Source of the DNA: Phoronis australis
Lineage: Eukaryota > Animalia > Phoronida
Direction of reading: 5' to 3'
Length of the DNA: 46,497 bases
Assembly: GCA_002633005.1 (NCBI GenBank)
Contig: NMRA01000119.1
Location: 881,233-927,729, forward strand
The position numbers were made by a program, and so were the translations under genes. The notes below the pieces were generated by a model. It was not told the origin of the DNA. It did no database searches and saw only the letters and a list, made by a program, of their open reading frames with translations. Below, in pieces: positions 12,839 to 22,700 of the stretch. Every line of letters begins with the position of its first letter. Within the stretch, counting starts at the first letter, position 1.

Positions 12839-14889
12839 GGCTCCGTGGTCACGTGCAGGGCTTTTGAGGTTACATAACCTACAATTTTTCATTTTGTTTG
12901 TACAGCTTTCGACAGTGTGGAAGAAAGGTTGCAAGTTCATTGATGAGAACTGTGCAGAGGTTACAGTGTTGCTGTGAACAGGCAATGCGTAGCCTGCACG
13001 TGCCACTTTCGAATTTGCAATCTCAGGGTTGGCGAACCCCCCGTTTTCTCGAGTCGCTCGTGGTTTTGTTCTTCTTGTTGGAAATCGAACTCCACCACCT
13101 CTAGGACTATAATGAAATATTACTCCCAGACCACCTTAAAGAATATTATGAGACCGATTTTGTGAATTAAAGTCGCTTTACGTTACAAGGACCTGGCTGT
13201 AGAATTAAATACGGTAAAAACGTATATTTTCTGAACTTAGAATGTTTGTAGATTCTGACGTTTGACATTATGTCAGTCTGCTATGAAATGAATCACCTGG
13301 CTATGTCTTTTCAGTAAAATTCAGCTAAAAGAAAGATAAACCCACCCATAGCTAAATGACGTTATCGATAACATTATCAAATTAAACACCGCACCGTATG
13401 TTGCTTTAGATGAAAGCTGCATGGTATTTTGTTGGTAGTTTTAATCTCCAAATCGATATTTCGTCTGCTTGTCCACTTTGTGTGAAACTGGTAACCCCTT
13501 TCGCCATAGCTTTGAAGTTGTTCAAAAGCGCACCGTTTATTTATATACAATCAAAGACAGTTTTGCAATCCTTTCCCTAAGCTCACCATTTCTATCGAAT
13601 CTGAAAAATCCGGAGACAGTCACAAAACTTGCTTGAAGACTTTCCCACTTGGTATGGTGAATTCGCTGTGCCACTCTCCGTCTTCAAACGTGATTGAGTT
13701 CTGCAACAAAATATGAGAACTGAGTATCTAGCCATTGATCTACTGCGGGTTGCACGGATTAGATACAACCATTTGCAATAATTTGAAACGAGTTGTGTCC
13801 CCTGTGCAGAATGTGCCCTGACATGATGGTTTCCAACAGGATGCGGGTTGTTGGATCTCTTTAGTATAATGGGTACGGCGGGTGCCACGCATACTCAAGG
13901 CCCAAGCGGGGAACGGTTAGCCTAGCTGGGCAATGATGCGGTACTAAATGAGAAAAAATGCCTGCGTGGCGATGAACCCTACCACCGTTATCACAAAGGC
14001 GAAATACCCACACGATTATATACAACACGGGGATACCACAAAGTCGAAATACCATTATACCCGAGAAGACAAAATAGACACTCAAACAATGCCTTGCAAC
14101 ACAAAATTTCCACACAGACGATTTCCTAGAAGGCAAAATAACGCAAACCAGAGCCGATACTCTAGACTGAAAGCACTAACCGGAATGTTTGTTCATGAAA
14201 GCCAACCTCATTGACAAAAACAATTTTGTTGTAACACGCAAATTTAAGATCGTGAGTAGGCCTATTTTGATTAAGATTTATAAAATGGAAATGCTTTTTG
14301 ATGAGCTTGACGGATCATTTCAATGCCAAAAAGTCCCACGGAATGCATTGTGGAAGGCAATGAAAAACATTTGATAATCATGTCATGTTTCTTGCCGCTG
14401 GTGAATAATAGGGTGCGTGTCATACATTTAGGTCTTCCTTCACGAGATTTTCACTGCAAAATCTTTGATAACCATTTCGTGTAACAACTATTGAACAAAA
14501 ATAACGTGCGTGTATTTAACGTACCTGTACGGCTGGAATACCCTCATCGGGATTGGCAGGTGTTTCACCGAAAGTACGTTGACTAACATCCACTACATTC
14601 GTCAAGTCCCCGCTTGCTTTGCTCCTAAGGATAGAATTCATTTTGCCTCCTCCCAAGTCTTCGAAAATGATCCAGGTAGCTTTTCTCAAAAGCTGCGTCA
14701 ACAGGGAACTCTGAAAGTTGGCCTTTGTAGCCTACTGACATAACTCAGGCATAGGCTACTTGCTTGATAGTCATATAGTGACATTACTAAGCACTTAGAC
14801 TAATTGCTTATTAAGTTAGCCGTACATTGACATTACTAAACACATACGTTACTCGCTTACTAAGTTAGCTGTACAGTGACATAACTAAA

Positions 14890-15826
14890 CAGTGGCGGAT
14901 CTAGGATATCACAAGGGGGGGAGCCCAACATTTTTTGTCCGGCTGTAAGCATTTGCGCAAACTGAACCACGATTGTAGGTGCGCATAGCACCGAATGGGG
15001 GGAAACCCCCCTCCCGCCCAGGAAATTTTTCTGTTTTTACCTCTAAAAATCAAGCATTTTCCTTGATTCCTGAAGTATTATCCAAGAAAAAAAGAAAACA
15101 CGGAGAACGTGTCAAACAAGAAAAACTACAAGTACCAAAGACTCGAACTCACGACCTGGCGCATAGTGCGCGCTTGCGTTACCACTACACCACCACGATT
15201 TACAACTAACCTCATACTAAGAGACCTACTTGTTAATGGTCCACAGCGTTTGCGCGCGAAACCTACTTCTTTTTGTAATGCCTATTACACGTTTTATATT
15301 TTATGCCATCGATTCTTAACAAATTTGTCGTATTTAAAATAGTCTTCAAATGCCCAAAAGACCAAATCCGTTTTTCGTGTTGGCAATAATGACGGGATTG
15401 CTTTGGAAATCGTCTTAAGATGAGGTTTGACAAAGAGAGTATTGCGAGTTTCTGAGTGATTCACTAAGGCTTCGATTAAAATTCACATCTTACCAGCAGC
15501 TTCTGTTTTTTTATCGTCACTCAGCTTCCATTTTCTTTAAAAAATGAAGTAAATTTTCTTCACTGCACAATGGAGCAGACGACGGAAACGGAGTCGTAGT
15601 GCGCAGCGCCACTGCCGGTCGCCTGGGTTATCGCGGGAGAGCCTATACTTAGCCATAGTTCCGTTATGAATGCGCCGTGTTCCGAATTTGACACACCGTA
15701 TAATTTTAATTACCGGGGTTAATTAATAAACTCAACATTTCCCTACGCTCTTACTGTTTTATTTTTTTGTTCGGCAGCCAAGGAGGGGGGCGGGCCCCCT
15801 GCCCCCCCCCCCCAAGTCCGCCTATG
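14890..15826. mobile_element. Non-autonomous hAT-like element with 5-bp TSD, inserted into a minisatellite
   Basis: Termini CAGTGGCGGA ... TCCGCCTATG with poly-G/poly-C subterminal tracts. CTAAA is duplicated at 14885-14889 and 15827-15831. Confidence 0.65.
15140..15197 (-). pseudogene. tRNA-derived remnant (Pol III A and B boxes)
   Basis: The minus strand reads GTGGTGTAGTGGTAACGCAAGCGCGCACTATGCGCCAGGTCGTGAGTTCGAGTC, with an A-box-like TGGTGTAGTGG and a B-box GAGTTCGAGTC. The acceptor stem does not pair, so it is not a functional tRNA. Confidence 0.45.
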
Positions 15827-17700
15827 CTAAACACATTGGCTACTTGCTTCCACAGATAGTCGTAAAAAGGACATAACTAAACACATGGGCCATTTGCTTA
15901 CAACATTAGCCGTACAGTGACATAACTAAAGATATAAGGCTACTTGCTTCCACAGTTCGTGGTATGATGACATTGCGGGCGCTACATTCTTACAACGTCA
16001 GTCGTAAAGTGACACGTGTGAGATTTTTTTCTTGAAATGTGGAAAAAAACACAAAACACTCAGGTCTACTGTACCTTGAACCTCACTAAATTTTATGTCA
16101 TTTCCTGAGACCACATATTTCCATTTTCCAATAAAAGCCTTAGCATCGACTGAGCTTCCCATTCTCTAGTCTTGTCAGCAAAATGCAGCCTGTCTATGAT
16201 TTGCTTTCGGATACTGAGGAAAAGCTAGTCGAACAGGACATTGTGTACATCGAGAATATCTGGGCTAGTCTGCACAAAGCTTCAAAACTTACCCGCATGA
16301 CGTCAAATGCACAACAATAGCAACGTGGCGTGCTATTGTTGCCATCCAGCATTTATCTTTTATAGAACCATTCCCTGGTAATTTCGGAGTCCAAAGTCGA
16401 ATTAGGCCTTGAAATAAGCAAAAAAATAAAGTGCACGATTATTCCACACTAACGTATATTTTCTAAGAACACCTCAGCTACTGTGAGACAACGAAGACTT
16501 ATTGCCAAAATTAGCAAGAGAAACTGAGAGTAGTCATAATTTTAGCGTATGTCTTGACTTAAGTTTTGTCTTAAGTTCGACTAAGTCACTGGATGTGGAA
16601 GTTTGAAAGTTGGAAGTTAAGAAAAATCTTAGACTAAAGTAAAAAATTGATTAAGACATTTTCTTGGAACAAGCCAATAAAATTTGAAGATAGTTTCCCC
16701 GCTTCACTTATAAAACTTGATTAAGCGAATTTCAAGGTAAGCCAATTGAACAAAATAATTAGAATAGTTACCTTAGGCTTGAGAAAGAATCAACACCTGT
16801 TGACACGTACCCGAGAATCGTCTGACGAAGTTTGGTTTGAGGTTAGGAATTCGAGAGATAACCCTTGAAAAGAACCCAAAATATGCCTGTATGTCGCTGA
16901 AGTCCATTTACTACCCGTAAGAAATTTTTTCTCATACGCTTCTTTCTGTAACCAAGTCATTCACTCTTTTATTTATAATTATTTTTAATATTCACATATG
17001 GTCGCACTTGCCACTTATTTATTTTTCTTCGCAACGAAACCTCAGTAATTGACAACTTGCACTACTAACTGATATATCAAGTCCTTATGCTTAGGTATAA
17101 TTGTTATTTTTTTAAAGTTGTCTTTAGGTATTTGCCGAAAGTTATTCTTTTTATCCCATACGCGTTGAGTACAATGCGGCCACGTGGTATTAGTTTAGTA
17201 CCGTCCGTACGTGGGTTACGTAAACGCGACATCTATTGTTGGGTTAGGTGGTTATCCCCTTATCATCTTTCACGAGCAAAAACGCGACTTCTGTTTGTTG
17301 ACAGAAAAGATAAAACAATATACAACGACGACTTGTGACGCACGCGAAACAAGGGAATCCACCTTTTACGCAGCGTCGGTAAACCCTAATTTGTTTCCAC
17401 TCTCGATCAGTTGAACTCTACAGACACAACGTATTCAAACTCTTTTTAGTGTCAGAACATCTGGGTGGTGGACGGTGCCACGCCCTAACACACCTCATGA
17501 CGTCAGCAGTCACGTGATTTCCAATTTGATCTTCCGGTTTACCGATGACTTCCGGTTACATGCATGACCTTGACCTTGGATCGAGGTCCCTATCTAACAG
17601 GTCCAATTAAATCTATTACGTAATGAGGTGTGACGTCAATGTCTATTCCTTCCAGTACATTAATTTGCTGAAGCTAGAACAATGTGAGTCATTGAAATTA

Positions 17701-17913
17701 CCGTAAACGTTCGGGTTAACGCCCATGCTCAGTTAACCGCCCACCCCCTACTTTAGGTGGATTTTCGATTTAACTGCCCACTGCCCGGTAAGCGCCTCCC
17801 CTGCGATTTTTGAAGATTTCCAGTTAAGCGCCCACTTCTCGGTTAAGTGCCCATCCCCAACTTTTTGGGTTTGCCAGTTTAACCGCCCAGGGCGTCAACC
17901 CGAACGTTTACGG
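17701..17913. mobile_element. Tc1/mariner-pogo-type MITE
   Basis: TA|CCGTAAACGTTCGGGTTAACGCCC ... GGGCGTCAACCCGAACGTTTACGG|TA: a 24-bp near-perfect TIR with TA TSD and internal repeats of TAA(C/G)CGCCC. Confidence 0.75.
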
Positions 17914-19222
17914 TAAATAAAACCGTACACCGGATGCAACAGGTCACTTCGACACCGAGCGTCTGAAAGGAATGAGCCATCCTTTAACCCGAACAAGCAT
18001 TAAGAATTCATTTATCATCTTTCTAAACATCGTACGCATAAGTACTACATGTGCTCAGTTGTGACTTTTTTAATTTTGTGAACTGAACCAATGAGCTAAC
18101 TGCAAGCTGTTTGAACTGCAGTTTAATTGTCAGTGTTCTGAATCGTGAAGAGTAGGAAGACTAGTTTCACCATGTTGCCGCATCACATGATAACTGGTTT
18201 TCAGTTGTAGATAGCAACAAAACATATTTTTGCGTTGCCACTGATACGCAAATCCGTTTCTAACTTCAACAAGAACGAGTTCAAAGTGAACCATGGATTT
18301 AAGGCCTCAACTTTTCACGACAGCAGAAATCGATGTTGGTAGATTGAACTTCTTTGTGACGTTTGGATGTACGTTCTAAACATAAAAACACACTTTTGAA
18401 ATCTTCCAAATAACCTTCAAGTCTACCAATTGACCCAATAATCATTGGGACACCAAATTAATGTGGTTCCGCAGAATGTTCACAAGATTGGAATTTTATC
18501 AAACGATGACTGACTCTGGAGCTCTTAAAACGAGACGGGGTCAGAGGATCTTTCAGGCTTTTCCATCTGTACTGTTTTTTTAATATCTTACAGTCTTTTA
18601 ACTGGATGACGTTACTATAAGTAATTTAATAGGCCTGCTTTGTCTTTGGAAACTGTGTCAATATAAAAGGATAAGAACTAAACCATAGAAGTTGCCAAAA
18701 CGGAAATAATGGAGAGACATGATGTATATTGTAATCACATTACAAAAAAATCTTGGAAAGGTGGACCCCTGTGGCATATTTAGTTCACTGGTGCATTTTT
18801 TGCTGTTTCCCCCTGTGCGTGTGCGCGTTTTTGTGCCCGTGAATGGTGTGCTTCAAAAGAAAATTGGCCCCGTGAGCGCGGTGAGACGTACTTCGTCAAT
18901 ACATTTTTACAACTAAGGAGGCAGACAAAACTCTCGGTATCAGAAATACGATAAAGAAACCATTAAGCGTGGGAACCGTTTTCTTCCGTGTGACAAATAC
19001 CATGCAAACTCATGAAATATGACGTCCCTTTCACAAAATGTAACAATGGTACATTTCTCCCAAGTGCATTCGACATAACTTGCAACATTTACATAATATG
19101 TAACTATTTGTTACATTTTGTTGCATTACAGGGGCGGTTTAGCAAGTAAAAGGTAGCAATGCCCTAAAGTGTAACAGTTGTTACATTTTACGAAATTGTT
19201 ACATTTTATAGGTATGGTGCAC

Positions 19223-19367
19223 CATGGGCGGCGCAGCACTGAAAAAAGTGGGGCTAAAGCCCCCTCAGCCACCCTGTGGTGCACCACCTATAGACCATGT
19301 TCGGCGCAGCACTGAAAAAAGTGGGGACTATAGCCCCCCAGTCCTCTATCATGGTGCGCCGCCCATG
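19223..19367. mobile_element. Short dimeric GC-rich MITE (CATGGGCGGCGCA termini)
   Basis: TIR CATGGGCGGCGCA / TGCGCCGCCCATG, with two internal tandem units sharing CGGCGCAGCACTGAAAAAAGTGGGG. Confidence 0.55.
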
Positions 19368-19748
19368 TGGACACCAACTAGACAGAGATATCAATTACTG
19401 AGGACATGTACTATCATAACTCGAAAAAGCAGTAAAATATTAGTTTATTATAATTTTTTAAAATAATTACACTTTTTAACACATACATTTTTGCAACTTC
19501 AAGATGCACAATTAAAAAAAATAGCTTTTACAACAAATAGACACGAGTATGACACAACAGTATGTATGACAATTTCCACAATAGTCGGGAATGCCAGAAT
19601 TATCACTTTGACTTACCAGACTTACTCCATGGCACAATCAATTTTCTCACCTTCATTAAAACCACAATGATAATGCATCCAGTTTTTCCCTCTGAGACTT
19701 CTTGCACAGTAAATAATTGACAAACATGATCAACTGTTGAACAGCCAA

Positions 19749-22700
19749 TCACACCTCAACCTCTTCGAATAATTTAGCAATCTCCAGCGCCGTCCCGTTA
19801 AGTCCGACACCCCTCATGTTGACGATTATTGCCACAGAGACCCCCTGCGGTGCAAATCCTGGTTTAACTCTCTTTGCTGGAAGAATGATCAGGATACTGC
19901 TGGCTCCGATGGCACCTCCAGCATGGGTAACATAAAAACGCTGATCTTGGCAAAACCCATATTCCTGCTTAGCCGACACTACACCCCATCCCATACCGTA
20001 CTTTCCCTCCTTGGCCCAGCCGCACTTTGTGTTGTCCACTGGTCTCCATATTAAAGAGACAGTCTCTGGTTTTAGATATCCGCGGAGCAGTTTTGCCTCC
20101 AATTGCTGAATGTCCGTGTCACCATCAGAGGGTTCCAACCGCTTGTACTGGAAGCTGTACAACATGACATTTGCAAACCTGAGTAGATCACCTGCCGTTG
20201 ACAAGAGGCCTCCCCCACCCCACTTGTATGAGAGGTCGACGTACGGCTCGTTGACAAGTCTACCTTTTTTATTCTTATTGTAATACCTGAAATTAGATTA
20301 GGCCATTCGATTTTAACAGAATATAGATCAGACTCTAACAAAAAAGTTTATGACATCTAAAATGCACACTAGTTTTTTCAAATGAAACTATATTCCAATC
20401 ATTTCTAGCACCTTAAAGCTGGATATTACTTAAATTGGTTTACAATATACATTTTTAGATACATAAAATGAGGTGAGCCTTCAATCAAAAGTTCTTCAGA
20501 TTATTCAAAAGATGTTTTAAATTCTCAAATCTGTCAATTGATAGGTCTTGTTTCTAGCCAAATTAACACAAGAAAATAAAGAACAAATGCCTTAGCAAAC
20601 CATGTCATATTTCAGGGCTTGGAATGACCAATGACAAAAAACGCGGAAACTTTTACGGCCCAAAACATGCGCGCTACCCAGCCTTGAAATAGTCGATATG
20701 AACCTTAATTACGCCGACAAAAATCGGGAGGAATAAAAAAAAAAAGAAAAAAAAACGTTACCACCATCAGTAGCATGCGTCTGCGTCTTTTTAGCTCGTC
20801 CGTCCACTCCCACCCCCACACCACATTTTTGGCTGCAGAGCCGTAGTATTTGTCACCGCGGTTTACAATCACACGAGACGCCATTGAAAATCCCACCACG
20901 CTATCCCAGATGCCCCGGCAATGTTGACAATTTACGTTCCTCCGAAACATAAAGAGCATCTTCCGCTTTTCGAGGTGAGCGTCGTCGGCAACGCCGAGGT
21001 AAGAAAGGAATTTGCCGCGGAAATTTTATATCAAATCCGATTTTTTTTTACGCAGAAATATAATAAAATGCGCGTACAGAACATTTGAAAAAAGCGGAAA
21101 TCCGTGTTTCAGCGGAAAATTCCAAGCCTTGATATTTACAATACTACTACTGGACCTTGTATATGGTATTAGTGTTGTGAACAAGACATAGTTTGCTAAA
21201 GCACTTGTTTTATCGTTTCTAGTACACCTGTCTACCATATCAAAAATCAGAATAAATGAAAATACCACGTGTCTACCTGGCCCTATTGTAAATCAGCGGT
21301 TCGTTTTCATCTAAAAACGTGTGTGTCATGTTAAGATCCTTGAACAGCTTTAGCAAGACCTCGGTAAAGGGTTGCCCGGCAACAGCTTCCACAACAGCGC
21401 TGATTAGAGTGAATCCGTGAGTAGTGTACAGATACTCTTTGCCTGGAAATAAAATTCAACTAAACTCGAGTCTCATTTCTCGCATACAGCTGTGGTCTGT
21501 TTCATGAAAAGTGATTTCAGACTTAAAGAAGCATAGTCTCTTTAAATTGTGAATAATGTAAAATGAAGTACTAATTTACAAACAACCCCAGGTCCTCCAG
21601 TATGCCGAAAGCCATCTGAGAACCAGTTACCACAATACCATTACAATCTCATGGAAGTCTCATTTTGCACTGTTTTTATGTAAATGAGTATGGTAATATT
21701 TCATCAGTACCCTAATGAAACAAGGCACAGTTTTTATTATTTGTTTCTTTCACTATCAAGTAAGAATTGTGTAATATTTGGAATTACTAGAGTTTTTACG
21801 AGTTCAGATTTGTTTTAAGTGTATCAGATGTGATATTTTCTTTAAAATCACAATTTATTTACAAATTGTTTCTTTTCCTGATTATACGTGTACACAATTC
21901 TTCGGGAAGTCACTAGGTGGCGCTTGCTGCAAATTTAAACATTCACGGGTTTTAATGAGACATAGCATCTTTAAGACATAAATTTGGAGCAAACTGAGGC
22001 CAGTTTTGTATCAGTGGCAACCTACCAAAGATTTGCCCCAAGATGAGTCATCACACAATATGCAATATGTCAGCTTAACTCATATACCAGAAATGAGATA
22101 GCTTGAGAAACTCAATGTTTGAATTCAACAGACAATTTTATCAGACACTGGAAGTCAACATGCCTGATACCTAGTTAGTCACCCAATAGATGTTTACCCA
22201 AGTTGATCAACAGCTAACTGGCAGTGTTGCTGGAAAATATCTCTCGGGGCAGAGCTTTCCTATGAAAGAAGGCAAATTTATAGCAACTGTATGTTGATGC
22301 ACTGCACAGAAGCAGCAAATACATAAGTTTATGCTTATTTGGTAATGGTCGAATATAACGTGCCCAAATTTTGAAAACCAGTTTTATCCACTGAATAACG
22401 GAGATCAAACTGGTTCTCAAAATACTGGCACGTAATATCCAATTATTGCCCTTATTTTCAGAGCCTTGAAAAATGCACATCACAATGTATAACTACATCT
22501 CATACAGCACTGTATAAGATGTGACAGTGTTTAACAAGACAAACCTGGTTCACACATCAATGGGTCATCTTGAAACAATTTCAGGGAGTCAGCCACGCTT
22601 GCAAATGCATCCTTAATCAGGTATTCATTCAGGTCAAACTCACAGGCGGGTGGGTCGGGGTTGATTTGGTTTCCAGCTGGTGGATTTGTGTCTTTTCCAT

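Larger units (their letters stand above)
14735..16015. repeat. ~43-bp minisatellite (GTGACATAACTAAACACA...TACTTGCTT...GTTAGCCGTACA), split by the element at 14890-15826
   Basis: About 4 degenerate units at 14735-14889 and about 4 at 15827-16015. Confidence 0.7.
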
